From: a virus
IMG/VR virus record: IMGVR_UViG_3300035660_000006
DNA length: 64,000 bases
Reading direction: 5' to 3' (one strand)
Positions within the stretch are counted from its first letter, which is position 1; every line of letters begins with the position of its first letter. The notes beneath the pieces were generated by a model. It ran no database searches, was not told the origin of the DNA, and worked only from the letters and a program-made list of their open reading frames with translations. This document shows positions 17,689-27,836 of this stretch, in pieces. A program made the position numbers and the translations under genes.

Positions 17689-18633
17689 TTACTTTTTAAA
17701 ACTAATTCCACTCAATGTTGGGTCAAGGATTACATCAATTCCCATCAATCTGTTGACAGTCTTTGCAACTTCTGTCATGAAATCATACCAGTCGGTTGTT
17801 GGCAACATTCTTCTGTCGAAACCAAATTTATCTGCATCTTCCCTGTAAGAAAGTGAACCTTTGCCTATGCATTCATTGATTGCACTGATTGTTTTGTCTG
17901 CATCAACTCTTGACTTCTCAAATTTTAGAATGACTTGTCCCATAGTTTTTTTAGGCTCTTCAATTATAATTGGCTCTGGTCTACTTCTAAGAGCAGTCTC
18001 TTTTGTAATGATTGGAGACCATTCCCTGTTCATTATCCTTACTTTTCTGCTTAATTTTGCTATAGAATAAATTGCTGTTGAAGATAAATCGAATTTTTTA
18101 CCTGCATTCTCCCAACATTCATAAGGATTTTTATTTAGATAATTAACAATTTTTTCATTCCTTTCATTAATCCAATCCATGCTTCTGCCTGTTCTGACTC
18201 TATGTCCACCAGCACTGCCGAGTTTTTGACCTTTCATCCAGTCATAAAAAGTAGTATAACTGACATTAATGATTTTTCCTATTTTTTCCATAGTGGCTTC
18301 TGGGTGCAAACTTTTGTAACTTTTAACATAATTGATTACATCCCTTTTAAGTTGGTAACTATAATTTCTTGGTCTTTTTGAACCTTTTTGTCTGTCTGCT
18401 TCTTTTACTCCATCTTTTACTTTCAAGAACAAATCATTCAGTTGTTTTTTATCAAGAGTTGGTCTTCTGCTTGGAGTGACCGAAAAGGGTGGCACTCTAC
18501 CCCCAATTGTTGGTGGTTTATATGGTTCAAGAACAACAACCTTATTATCATCTTTTTCCTTAAAAGAACCCAGAACAGCAGTAATTTTGTCCATACTATC
18601 CATGTTAGTATCCAATTCTATTGTAATTTTCAT
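17689..18633 (-). CDS. HTH domain protein (314 aa)
   Basis: HTH-like segments (EATMEKIGKIINVSYTTFYDWMKG); first gene of the minus-strand block. Confidence 0.5.
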   Translation of the reverse strand: MKITIELDTNMDSMDKITAVLGSFKEKDDNKVVVLEPYKPPTIGGRVPPFSVTPSRRPTLDKKQLNDLFLKVKDGVKEADRQKGSKRPRNYSYQLKRDVINYVKSYKSLHPEATMEKIGKIINVSYTTFYDWMKGQKLGSAGGHRVRTGRSMDWINERNEKIVNYLNKNPYECWENAGKKFDLSSTAIYSIAKLSRKVRIMNREWSPIITKETALRSRPEPIIIEEPKKTMGQVILKFEKSRVDADKTISAINECIGKGSLSYREDADKFGFDRRMLPTTDWYDFMTEVAKTVNRLMGIDVILDPTLSGISFKK

Positions 18634-18938
18634 AGTTATACTTTTAAAGTCTAACTTTAAAAACTTATCGTTTAATCAAAAAACATATTAAAAATAGAAA
18701 ATTAAGGTGCTTTTCTGATAGCATCCTTGATAAACTTTTCCATCTCTTCCATCGTAGTATCTTCAACAGTAAAAGTTATTGATTTTCTGCCATCTTTTGT
18801 TTTATTATGTTCCCTATCCCAAAGGGATATACCAATTCTTGATTTGTTTTGACCTTCTCCCATTAATCTCATAATACATTCACCAATACTATTTTTGATT
18901 GAATAAATATTTATATTAGTGATAGAATAATAAATTAT

Positions 18939-19283
18939 TTAAATTCGTTCTACTTTATACAATTCTGGAATGTATTCCCAATGACTACACTCATCGAGGA
19001 TATACCATGTCCCATCATCAGATTGAACAATACATTCTATGTCGCAATAGACAAGACCAGAATGTTCAAGAGCATTAACTATCTCTATGGCTAACTCTTC
19101 CCAACTATGTTGCTGGTTTTCTTGTATCCAGACTTTTCCAGTTTTGGTATTTGTGACCTTTAATTTTTTAGACACATATTGTTTTTCGATACATTCTGGA
19201 CATTCTAAACATGCTCTGACAACAGTATTATCTGGAACTCCTGTGCTTACAACTTTTCCACAATTATTACAAGTTAATCTCAC
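18939..19283 (-). CDS. zinc-ribbon protein (114 aa)
   Basis: CNNCGK...CLECPEC. Confidence 0.5.
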   Translation of the reverse strand: MRLTCNNCGKVVSTGVPDNTVVRACLECPECIEKQYVSKKLKVTNTKTGKVWIQENQQHSWEELAIEIVNALEHSGLVYCDIECIVQSDDGTWYILDECSHWEYIPELYKVERI

Positions 19284-19516
19284 TTATTATCACCTAAAAG
19301 TTCTTTCTTGAATTGTTGAATTAATTTATTAATTTCATCATAAATTTTATTTTCTCCTTTGTGAATTATTTTTTCTATTTCCTTGTTTTCTGTTATTTTT
19401 GTTGTAGAAATTGTTAGTTTTCTATCTTTCTCAATATTTTTAATTAAAGTTTCTATCTTCTCAGATAGAAATTGGTTATTTCTTTCTTGGTCATCAAGCA
19501 TTTGTTTTAAGTTCAT
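19280..19516 (-). CDS. small coiled-coil protein
   Basis: heptad-like K/E-rich sequence. Confidence 0.4.
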   Translation of the reverse strand: MNLKQMLDDQERNNQFLSEKIETLIKNIEKDRKLTISTTKITENKEIEKIIHKGENKIYDEINKLIQQFKKELLGDNK

Positions 19517-20106
19517 TTATTTTCACCATTTTTTTCTATAATCATCTCAACGTCTGATTTAAAATCCCTAAAATCTTTACCTTCAAAAATCCATTCAGTT
19601 AATTTTTTATAATAATCACCCATAATCACAAAATTAGTCGGACAAATAACAGGGTCGCATTTAAAAACCAAATTTTCCCCATCAAAATATCTCACACCCA
19701 ACACTTCAATTTTTTCAGGTCTGACTGCGACATTACCCAAATAATGCAAACTGTTTATCCAAAAATGTTTCCAATCTTCCATATTCACTTTATCCAATTC
19801 TTCTTGTGTATAAGATACAGATAACTTCATGTCTTTTGGTGTTTTAACTTTTTGGTTCTTAATAATAATCATCAAAAAATCGTCTTCTGGGTAGCAATCA
19901 TCACTATCAACTTCAACTTTCACCAGAGCAAACTTGTCTCCTTTCGTTGATTTCATACAATAAAAAGGTGCATAAGCAGAACTCAAATAAACAAATCCTT
20001 TTTTACTTTTTATATTCCAATTATATTTCGTATCAGTAACAAAACCTTCCTTCTCTATTTTCTTTGCGTTTTCTTCTGATGTTCCATGATATAAAATTAA
20101 TTTCAT
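19513..20106 (-). CDS. ADP-ribosyltransferase-fold protein (Tpt1/KptA-like H-G-T motif)
   Basis: N-terminus LILYHGTSEENAKKIEKEGF...GFVYLSS...FALVKVEV matches the KptA C-lobe pattern FLYHGTAS..IKKQGL..YVHLS..ILTVKA. Confidence 0.45.
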   Translation of the reverse strand: MKLILYHGTSEENAKKIEKEGFVTDTKYNWNIKSKKGFVYLSSAYAPFYCMKSTKGDKFALVKVEVDSDDCYPEDDFLMIIIKNQKVKTPKDMKLSVSYTQEELDKVNMEDWKHFWINSLHYLGNVAVRPEKIEVLGVRYFDGENLVFKCDPVICPTNFVIMGDYYKKLTEWIFEGKDFRDFKSDVEMIIEKNGENK

Positions 20107-20231
20107 TTCATCGCCTCAACAAATTCTTTCCAGTCTTCTTTTATTTTTTCCTTTTCTATGGTTATGAAAAGGGATTTCATTGCAACAAGTTTACAAATTG
20201 CCTTGTTTTTAGGGTTTCTAATCCTTAACAT

Positions 20232-20537
20232 TTATTTCGCCTCGCTTTTGCAAGTGCAAACTTCCATTCTTTCTCTCAAATGCTTTGGAACTGTCACTAC
20301 TATTCTCTTCCCACACTTCTCGCATCTCATAGAGCCAACAACCATACTCTTCTTTAATTGTTCAAGCCCTTTCATGAATACAATCCTGTAAAAATCTGAC
20401 TTCTCAATTTTCGGTATATAACTTGGTGATTGTTTGTTAATCTCTTCCTTCAACTGATTCGCATCTTCCAGTGTTTTTTCGTTTACTCTAAATGAAACTG
20501 GTAACATTTGCTCGTCTTTATTCTTCCCTTTCTTCAT
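20232..20537 (-). CDS. zinc-ribbon protein (101 aa)
   Basis: CEKCGKR...CTC. Confidence 0.45.
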   Translation of the reverse strand: MKKGKNKDEQMLPVSFRVNEKTLEDANQLKEEINKQSPSYIPKIEKSDFYRIVFMKGLEQLKKSMVVGSMRCEKCGKRIVVTVPKHLRERMEVCTCKSEAK

Positions 20538-20635
20538 CTTTTTTCACCTTCGATTTTATTTTTAATGCTTTGACTCTACCTTCAATCATTCCATTAGTAT
20601 CAAATACAATCATTTCTTTTATTTTGTGCATAATC

Positions 20636-21061
20636 TCAACCCCATTCAGCAGTGTCATATTCTTTCATTTCGCTTACTATGTGTTTAGTCAATCCATTCT
20701 CGATTTTTTCAAACAATTTAAATAATTTATTTTTAGGGACATCTCCTTCTGAACATTGATACAAGAAACAACCAATCGACTTCAAAACCTGAATGTCGCT
20801 TGAGTTTTCGTAATTAAATTTGAATTTATATCCCTTCTTGGAATAATCATCATCTTTCCCATATCTTTGAATTACTGCTTTTCTGTTTAATTGGAATAAT
20901 GCTTGAGCCAAATTCTGTTCAAAATCTTCAGATAACATCTCGAAGCCTTTCTCTCTGAACATACTTGAAATATTCCAGAATACTTCACCCTTGTTTTCCT
21001 GTTTTTTAACCCATGTTGCTATTCTGTTTATACATTTATCGCTTACCATAAAACTACTCAT
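20636..21061 (-). CDS. hypothetical protein (141 aa)
   Basis: ORF immediately downstream of the vWA gene. Confidence 0.45.
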   Translation of the reverse strand: MSSFMVSDKCINRIATWVKKQENKGEVFWNISSMFREKGFEMLSEDFEQNLAQALFQLNRKAVIQRYGKDDDYSKKGYKFKFNYENSSDIQVLKSIGCFLYQCSEGDVPKNKLFKLFEKIENGLTKHIVSEMKEYDTAEWG

Positions 21062-21063
21062 TT

Positions 21064-23058
21064 TTATTCACCACCATTAAAACCATAACTCACTTTTTTC
21101 AAAATTTTCTCGTAAAGTTTGACAATTCCATCTTTCAATTCTTCACCATCTTTAGCGATGATAAAATTATCCTTACCATAGATGTTTTCAAAATACATTC
21201 TATAATTTGCATTATCCTGACCAAAAAATATTCCAAAGATATGAATGCCTTTTTCTCTTGTCAATTTCACTTTTTCTTGTGTAAGAATACTTTCATCTGC
21301 CATCCCATCTGTAATTGTGAATATTATTTTCAACTCATCTTCTACTTCTTCTAATTTTTTTGTTGCAATAACAGTTGCCTGTGCAGTTGGAGTTCCACCC
21401 CCTGCTGTCAATCCATTGATTCTTCTAACATCAAGTTCATCATCCCATTTCTTGACAAGAAAATCATTATAACCCTCAAATCCTCTTATAGCAAACTTCA
21501 CACCAAGAGTCTCGAAGACCTTACCTAAAATGTAAGTTGTTTCTTTTGAATTGGACAACTTTACTTTATTGCTGATTAAGTTTCCTGTTATCTTATCATA
21601 AACAGAATCCATTTGCCCCATACTTCCAGAGCAATCTATCATCAATATGACCGAATGTTCTGGTGTCTCGATAAGTTCCTTCTCATAAATATGATTATCA
21701 AATTCACCATCAATGTTATATTTGACAAAACTTCTGACTGCACTCTTCAACTTCAATTTACCAGTTGTCTGGTCTCCAACTAATGTTCTTCCTATTATTA
21801 TCCTGTTCTTCAATTCTTGTGAAATCATATCGGCAGTAGAATCAGCCCTGCTTGTATTGAATTTACTTTCATAACCTTTTCTTGGAATATTCAAACTTAG
21901 ACCAGCACCATCAGAATCCATGAATTCCTTCTCTAATTTTTCTGTTTCATCCCCTGCTTTCATTCTTATCTGTCTTTCAATCTTTTCTTGAGAAGTATAT
22001 TCATCCTTGAATTTTTCCTTGATAATCTTGACAAATTTATCTATTTTATCCTGCGATTTCATAATTTCTGGGCTACTCTGGTCATCCTCATCCTTATCAT
22101 CATCTTCACTTTCTTCTTCACTTTTTCCATCTTCTTCACGTTCCTCTTCACTTTGTTCACTTTCTTCATCTTTATATTCTTCTTCCTCGCTTTCATCGGA
22201 GTCGGAATCATCACTGTCTAACATTTCCTCAAATTCTTTTTTGAATTTATCAAATTCTTTCTCAATCTTCTTTGTTTCTTCCTTAGATAATTTTGATTTA
22301 TCTTTTTTACCACTGAAGTCAAACTCTTGGTCTTGGGTTTTTCCAACACCATTATCACTCTTGTTATTTCTTGTTGAATTCATTTTACTTGTTTCTTGAC
22401 TTGGCAAATCTTTAATCAAAACATCATAAATATCAAGTGCTATCTTAACACAACCCTCAAAGTCTTGGTATATCACATCTTTTGAAATCTTAATCAATTT
22501 TTCCATTAATTTTCTCTCAGGATACAATGTTTTGAATCCCCTCAACTCAAGACTTAATGAATATAAAACATCAGTAATCATTCTATTTTTTTCCATCAAT
22601 GCTAACTTATGGAAGAATGAAAGACTAAAACCAAGAAGTTCTGGACAGCCCCTATACAAATTCATACCAAGAAATTCTATCCTTACATCTTCAATAGAAT
22701 TCAAACACATCTTTAACAAATTCCAATCAATATTATATGAAGAAGGTCTTAATTTATTGACAATTCTTTTCGCATTACCAGTAAATAAAATATGAAAAGC
22801 CTCATGCAAGGATATACCTTTTTTGAGAATCCAATCAACAAAAGAATCAGAGGGAAATATTTGTCTGGGTAAAAATATTTGATTAGACTTTATGTTTGAA
22901 TAAGGAGTCTTACTCCCAAAAATAACCCTGACATTTCCCTTCTTGGTTAAAGTTTGGGTAAGGATTGACAATACATCAATCTGGCTATCTTCCCTTATAT
23001 CTTGGACTACATTATCTATTATATCCTTCATGTGTTCAAGTTTGTATTTGTCAATCAT
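21064..23058 (-). CDS. von Willebrand factor A (vWA) domain protein with acidic low-complexity linker (CbbO/NorD-like)
   Basis: C-terminal MIDAS VILMIDCSGSMG (DxSxS); long D/E/S-rich tract; overlaps the stop of the MoxR gene. Confidence 0.8.
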   Translation of the reverse strand: MIDKYKLEHMKDIIDNVVQDIREDSQIDVLSILTQTLTKKGNVRVIFGSKTPYSNIKSNQIFLPRQIFPSDSFVDWILKKGISLHEAFHILFTGNAKRIVNKLRPSSYNIDWNLLKMCLNSIEDVRIEFLGMNLYRGCPELLGFSLSFFHKLALMEKNRMITDVLYSLSLELRGFKTLYPERKLMEKLIKISKDVIYQDFEGCVKIALDIYDVLIKDLPSQETSKMNSTRNNKSDNGVGKTQDQEFDFSGKKDKSKLSKEETKKIEKEFDKFKKEFEEMLDSDDSDSDESEEEEYKDEESEQSEEEREEDGKSEEESEDDDKDEDDQSSPEIMKSQDKIDKFVKIIKEKFKDEYTSQEKIERQIRMKAGDETEKLEKEFMDSDGAGLSLNIPRKGYESKFNTSRADSTADMISQELKNRIIIGRTLVGDQTTGKLKLKSAVRSFVKYNIDGEFDNHIYEKELIETPEHSVILMIDCSGSMGQMDSVYDKITGNLISNKVKLSNSKETTYILGKVFETLGVKFAIRGFEGYNDFLVKKWDDELDVRRINGLTAGGGTPTAQATVIATKKLEEVEDELKIIFTITDGMADESILTQEKVKLTREKGIHIFGIFFGQDNANYRMYFENIYGKDNFIIAKDGEELKDGIVKLYEKILKKVSYGFNGGE

Positions 23059-24317
23059 GCATTCTCACTCTCTTCTTCTTTACCCTGATTTAAAATTTCT
23101 TCATATCCTAATTTTCCTTCCATTACTGCTTCTGCAACTGACATCAATCCACTTCTGACTGTCTCATCATCTGAAAGTTTCAAGGCAATAGAGTGTTTGA
23201 ATGAAGTTAGCACTGTCGCTTTTTCCTGAATATATCCATCACTTTTTATCTTGAGCAACTTCACCCAAGATTCTGCTTCTCTTGAAGATATTTGCAATTT
23301 CTCATATCTCTGTCTTATCAGACCTATTGTCTTTGCAATTTGTTCAGCCAATTTTTCTGGCACATCATGTTTTTTCATCAAAATCATTTTTTGCCTTATT
23401 TCTTTTGGATGGCTGAAATAGAACTCTGCGTCTATCCTTGATTTAAGTGCTGGTATCAATGGTTTAATGAATGCAAGTGGATTCATAGTCAAGAAAACTA
23501 CCAAGTTAGGATTTCTCACAACTTCCCCACCCTTATCTTCGAGAATTATTTCCCTTCTCTCATCAAGCAAGGAGTAGAAAATTGATTGGTGTTCTCTCTG
23601 CATGAAATTCACTTCTTCTATCTGTAACCAACAATCATTCTTCAATGCTGTGGTTATCAGACCATCAACCCACTCGGTAATTATTTCACCCTTCTCATCT
23701 CTTCTGATAACATACTTACCCTTCAATTCCTGTGCTTCTGTGTTAACTGTCACATTTACTCTTATAATTGGTTTTTTGTATTTCCATTGTAGATACTTGA
23801 TAAGAGTTGTCTTACCTGTTCCTGCTTCACCTTTGAACAAAAGAGCAGTGGTATCGTTGTTTTCAAGAATCCTCTCTATTGTTGTTAGATTTCTATCAAC
23901 ATCATAGAATAAGGGTTTTTCGATTGGTGGTTCAATATAACAAGCCTTGTATTTAACATCACCAACTTCGAGTTCAGTTTGTTGAACTACTGGAGAAGGT
24001 TGAGGTTGCTGAACTGCAACTTGTGTTTGTGGTTGTATTTGTTGGTTCACTTTTTTCACTTTTTGTGCAACTTGTGTTTGTTGTGTTGCAACATGGTTTG
24101 TATGACCTGACTTCGCTTCGTATCTTTGCCTGTCGTAAAATTTTTTACAATCCTTACAATAGGCAATCTTAGGAAGTTTAGGATTTTTCCCACATTTGGG
24201 ACAAATTTCAATTTGCTGTTTTCCTTTCATTTTCTCATCCCCATTCATTATTTGAATACAACGAATACTATGAATACATAAGGTTAAATACTTTACTGAG
24301 GGTAAAAAATACCCCAT
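23055..24317 (-). CDS. MoxR-family AAA+ ATPase (CbbQ/NorQ-like) with N-terminal zinc ribbon and Q-rich linker
   Basis: Walker A GEAGTGKTT; Walker B WLQIEEVN; CPKCGK...CKDCKK; real start probably an internal Met. Confidence 0.8.
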   Translation of the reverse strand: MGYFLPSVKYLTLCIHSIRCIQIMNGDEKMKGKQQIEICPKCGKNPKLPKIAYCKDCKKFYDRQRYEAKSGHTNHVATQQTQVAQKVKKVNQQIQPQTQVAVQQPQPSPVVQQTELEVGDVKYKACYIEPPIEKPLFYDVDRNLTTIERILENNDTTALLFKGEAGTGKTTLIKYLQWKYKKPIIRVNVTVNTEAQELKGKYVIRRDEKGEIITEWVDGLITTALKNDCWLQIEEVNFMQREHQSIFYSLLDERREIILEDKGGEVVRNPNLVVFLTMNPLAFIKPLIPALKSRIDAEFYFSHPKEIRQKMILMKKHDVPEKLAEQIAKTIGLIRQRYEKLQISSREAESWVKLLKIKSDGYIQEKATVLTSFKHSIALKLSDDETVRSGLMSVAEAVMEGKLGYEEILNQGKEEESENA

Positions 24318-24396
24318 TTTTAAGGGATTTCTGAGTATGTAAGAACCAGTTTTTAAAGGGGTGTTAAACTTTCAACATTAAACATTTAAATGCATA

Positions 24397-24945
24397 TTGA
24401 GTGATATATTGTTTAGAAAATATATAATCGAGGTGGTAAAAATTACAGAAACGAAAGGTGACATTATAGACAAAATAGATACTTTAGAAACAGAAATTAG
24501 AAGAGAAATAGGTGAAATCAGAAGAAATGCAGGTATAGAAAATGTTCCGAGACCAAGAGGAAAAAGTCCAGTGATAGTAACCAAACTTCATACAATGTTA
24601 TCAGGTAGATATGGTTATAAAAATGGATTGTCAATAGACCAGATTGCAGTTAGTTTATATGGGCAATCATCATGGGTAACAAGAACAAGAGCAAGACAGA
24701 TGTTAGCACTTATTAGAAAAAAATTTGATTTGCCAATATACAGTGTCAGACCAATAGGAATTTCTGGAAAAAGAAAAGAGAGATATTGCATTCTCAACGA
24801 TAAATTTGAATGCAAACAAGTGAATGAGCATCTTGATAAAGTGAAAGATGGAATAAAAAAATCTCAAAGAAGAGTTTTAAAAAGAGAAAATATATTAACA
24901 ATGAAAAATAGACCAAAAATCAAAAAGGTGATGAACAATGGATAA
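24397..24945 (+). CDS. HTH DNA-binding protein (182 aa)
   Basis: GLSIDQIAVSLYGQSSWVTRTRARQMLALI HTH. Confidence 0.5.
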   Translation: MSDILFRKYIIEVVKITETKGDIIDKIDTLETEIRREIGEIRRNAGIENVPRPRGKSPVIVTKLHTMLSGRYGYKNGLSIDQIAVSLYGQSSWVTRTRARQMLALIRKKFDLPIYSVRPIGISGKRKERYCILNDKFECKQVNEHLDKVKDGIKKSQRRVLKRENILTMKNRPKIKKVMNNG

Positions 24946-25849
24946 AATGAAATTAGAACATATACCGATTGATAAGTTAGAAGTCAACTGGGATTTTAGG
25001 ACAGAACCAAGAGACAAAGAGATAACAGAAGGGATAAAACAATCAATCAAAAAAACTGGATTAGTTCAGTTGATAAAAGTAAGACCATTAAAGAATGGTA
25101 AATATGAAGTAGTTGCAGGAAGGGGAAGACTTCAGGAGTTAAAAAAATTAGGAGAAAAGACAATTCCTGTAATTGTTGAAGACTTAACAGATGAACAAGC
25201 AAAATTTCAATCTCTGATTGAAAATATACAGAGAAACAATCTATCACCAATGGAAATGGCAAATGCATTCAAAGATATTTTGACTAAATCTGCGTTAGTC
25301 AAACGAAAAGGTGAAAGATACACAGGTTATAGGTGGCTTTCAGAGAAAACAGGATTAACAGAACAATATATTGGAAGGATTATGTCTTTGGTTGAAGCAT
25401 CTGAACCAATCAAGAAAAAAGTGGCAGAAGCAGTAAAATCAAAAAAACTTTCAGAAGATGTTGCAGTAGAAATACTAAGTAGAACAAGAAATGAACCAAA
25501 AATGACAGAGAGAGTTTTAGACCAAGCAATAAAGAAGAATGTTGGAAAAGTAAGACCAGTAGTAAGACAAATGATAAAAGCAGAGAAAGATTTTATAAAT
25601 TTTGAAGAGGCTTTGAAATCCATGAAGTCAGCAGGTCTGATAGATGAAGAAGGTGCAAGGAAGAAAACACCAGATGACTTTGTTCATGAATTGATGGATA
25701 AAGTTTTGGCTTTATATTACTGGCTTGAACCAAAAGTAATTACATATCTATCACAAGAACAGATAAAAAGACTGAAAAAAGAATTAGAAGACTTAAAAAC
25801 AGATAAAATAGAGCCATTTTTAGAAGAGTTAGAAACCAGTTCTCTCTAA
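24938..25849 (+). CDS. parB: ParB/Spo0J-like partition protein
   Basis: ParB N-domain (YEVVAGRGRLQEL; IPVIVEDLTDEQAKFQSLIENIQRNNLSPMEMA). Confidence 0.7.
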   Translation: MDKMKLEHIPIDKLEVNWDFRTEPRDKEITEGIKQSIKKTGLVQLIKVRPLKNGKYEVVAGRGRLQELKKLGEKTIPVIVEDLTDEQAKFQSLIENIQRNNLSPMEMANAFKDILTKSALVKRKGERYTGYRWLSEKTGLTEQYIGRIMSLVEASEPIKKKVAEAVKSKKLSEDVAVEILSRTRNEPKMTERVLDQAIKKNVGKVRPVVRQMIKAEKDFINFEEALKSMKSAGLIDEEGARKKTPDDFVHELMDKVLALYYWLEPKVITYLSQEQIKRLKKELEDLKTDKIEPFLEELETSSL

Positions 25850-25900
25850 TTTTTTCTTTTTTTCAATTTTTAAAATTTAACATTAAATTTCCAAATTTTT

Positions 25901-25922
25901 AAAAATATTTAAATATTTGTAA
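25901..25922 (+). promoter_or_regulatory. conserved palindromic archaeal promoter element AAAAATATTTAAATATTTGTAA
   Basis: near-identical 22-nt motif repeated at 49065, 60625 and 63524; ATG about 24-25 nt downstream. Confidence 0.6.
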
Positions 25923-25945
25923 ATCTAAATTATAACAAGATAGTT

Positions 25946-26155
25946 ATGGCTCATAAAACTAAATTTGGAGTATTAACACCACAAGGAAATTTAGTTAAAA
26001 CAATGGAGATGGATTTGTCAAAAATCAAATCCCCAGACCCATTGGCTTATGCTTATGGTTTCTTTCAGGGAAAATCTGGGCAACCAATGAGCAAGGATAA
26101 AGATTTGGCAAAAGAATATATCAGGGGTTATAAAGAAGGTAAAAAGGTGAAATAA
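25946..26155 (+). CDS. small protein, MAHK start (M(V)HKK array 1)
   Basis: first gene after the conserved promoter. Confidence 0.5.
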   Translation: MAHKTKFGVLTPQGNLVKTMEMDLSKIKSPDPLAYAYGFFQGKSGQPMSKDKDLAKEYIRGYKEGKKVK

Positions 26156-26409
26156 TGCACAAAAAAATTGGTTCAGAATTAAAAAGAGTCACTGAAAGTG
26201 ACATAGATGGACTTGCATTCTATGAATATAACATAGATGGTGAAACTTTCAGAGAAAATTTTGTTAAGGCTGGTGGAACACCAGATATGGCAAATCACTT
26301 TTGGGAGAAGTTTCATGGAAAGAATCATGCAATACTTTCAACTTTCGGTGATGCTGATTTAAAACATCGAAAAATATTGACAAAAACTATCAAGATGGGT
26401 TATGGGTGA
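26155..26409 (+). CDS. small protein, MHKK start
   Basis: GGTGAAATAATGCACAAAAAA start context. Confidence 0.5.
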   Translation: MHKKIGSELKRVTESDIDGLAFYEYNIDGETFRENFVKAGGTPDMANHFWEKFHGKNHAILSTFGDADLKHRKILTKTIKMGYG

Positions 26410-26602
26410 ATTGATTGCACAAGCAAAGTGAAAAGTGGACAAAAGGATTGACTTGGGGAGATTCAGAACTTGAAGGAATATCAAAAGGCACAGGTTCAGA
26501 AGCATACGATTATACTTATGGAATTTATCCAATTCCGAAAACTTTCCAGAAGGAAGCAAAAAAAGAATTGAAAGAAAGAATAGAAATGCGAAGAAAAAGA
26601 GG

Positions 26603-26791
26603 TTGGTAAAAATGGTTCATAATTGTGTCGCAAAAAGAAAATCAAAAGAACTTGTTAGGGCAATCCTTGATAATATTGATTCAAAAGGAAATGTTAAATA
26701 TCAATATATAGTTGATGAAGTTGAAGATTTAGTTTTTCATGGTCTTGGAGATAGAAAACTTCAAGAAGAAATGATAACAGGTGAAAAATAA
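26603..26791 (+). CDS. small protein, MVKMVHN start
   Basis: GGTGA RBS; ATGGTTCAT. Confidence 0.45.
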   Translation: MVKMVHNCVAKRKSKELVRAILDNIDSKGNVKYQYIVDEVEDLVFHGLGDRKLQEEMITGEK

Positions 26792-27078
26792 TGGTTCATA
26801 TTAGACATAAATTTAATAGGAAAGTTGCTACTACTGTAGAATTTGAAGATGAATTAACAAAAGTTTATTATCACAGCACACCTGTAGTTTCATTTAATCC
26901 AGAAAAGATAATTCTTGACAGTGGTGGTTGGCACACATCAACAACTAAAAAAAGAATGAACCAAGTTAGCGATGAGTTTAATCTTGATTTCAAAGTCTGG
27001 CAGAAAGATTACAGTTGGTATGTTGATTATAAGGGAAAAACATTGCCCTTCCAAAGTGGAATGGAGTTGAAGAGATAA
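26791..27078 (+). CDS. small protein, MVHIRHK start
   Basis: GGTGAAAAATAATGGTTCAT. Confidence 0.5.
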   Translation: MVHIRHKFNRKVATTVEFEDELTKVYYHSTPVVSFNPEKIILDSGGWHTSTTKKRMNQVSDEFNLDFKVWQKDYSWYVDYKGKTLPFQSGMELKR

Positions 27079-27365
27079 TGCACAAAGGATGGAGATTTAC
27101 GAAACAATTCAAAGATTGGTTAGGTGAAAAAGGATATGGAAGATTTTCTCCATCGCAAGTTCCTAAATTATGGGAACAATATCAAAAAGAAAAGGGGAGA
27201 TAATTGGGACACAAAAGAGAAACATACAAAGTTTATGAAAATGGAAAATTAAGAGCAATCACAAAAAGTGAAGATGAAGCATTTTTTTGGTTGCAACACA
27301 ATCAACCATTCAGTTTCTTTTATGCTTTAAAATATGGTGGATTCAAGATTAAGAAGGTGAAATAA

Positions 27366-27575
27366 TTGCACAAAAAAAATTCGGAAAAACAAAATTTACT
27401 TAATTATTGGTTTGAAGCAGAATATGATAGATGTGTAAAGGCATTTAGGCAAACATTTGGTTATGATTATCAAGTTAAACTTTCAGTTGAAGAAGAATTG
27501 GATGAAATGAATAAAGATGTTAAAAAAGCACCAATGTGGCAACTGAAAGAATTAGTTAATTATTTGAAAGAATAG
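27366..27575 (+). CDS. small protein, (M)HKK start with TTG initiation codon
   Basis: AAGGTGAAATAATTGCACAAAAAAAA: the conserved context is retained but ATG becomes TTG. Confidence 0.4.
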   Translation: MHKKNSEKQNLLNYWFEAEYDRCVKAFRQTFGYDYQVKLSVEEELDEMNKDVKKAPMWQLKELVNYLKE

Positions 27576-27836
27576 GTGATATGATTGCACATAATATCAG
27601 AAGTTAGAAAACAATTTCATCAAGATGCTTTAGAAGAGCAAGAAAGAATGTATGGAAGCGATTAATTATGGTTCATAAACAAGAAAGAGCAAAATTATTA
27701 AAAAGAAAAAGAGAATTAGAAAGAGAAATTGAAATAGCCACTGAAGGAAGTATAGCAGATTATGAAATAAAAGAATTTTTAGATGAGAATGAAAAAGAAA
27801 TATTAAAAATTGAAAAAAAATTAAAAGGGAAATGAT

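Noticed and set aside
22007-22399. Ser/Leu-rich 130-aa ORF on the + strand
   Set aside because: It lies antisense within the acidic low-complexity linker of the vWA gene. It is an artefact of the repetitive GAA/GAT codon run on the coding strand.
27586-27612. Tiny ORF MIAHNIRS (8 codons) with the conserved ATTGCACA context
   Set aside because: Too short to call a gene. Noted only as another copy of the start-context motif, possibly a decayed cassette.
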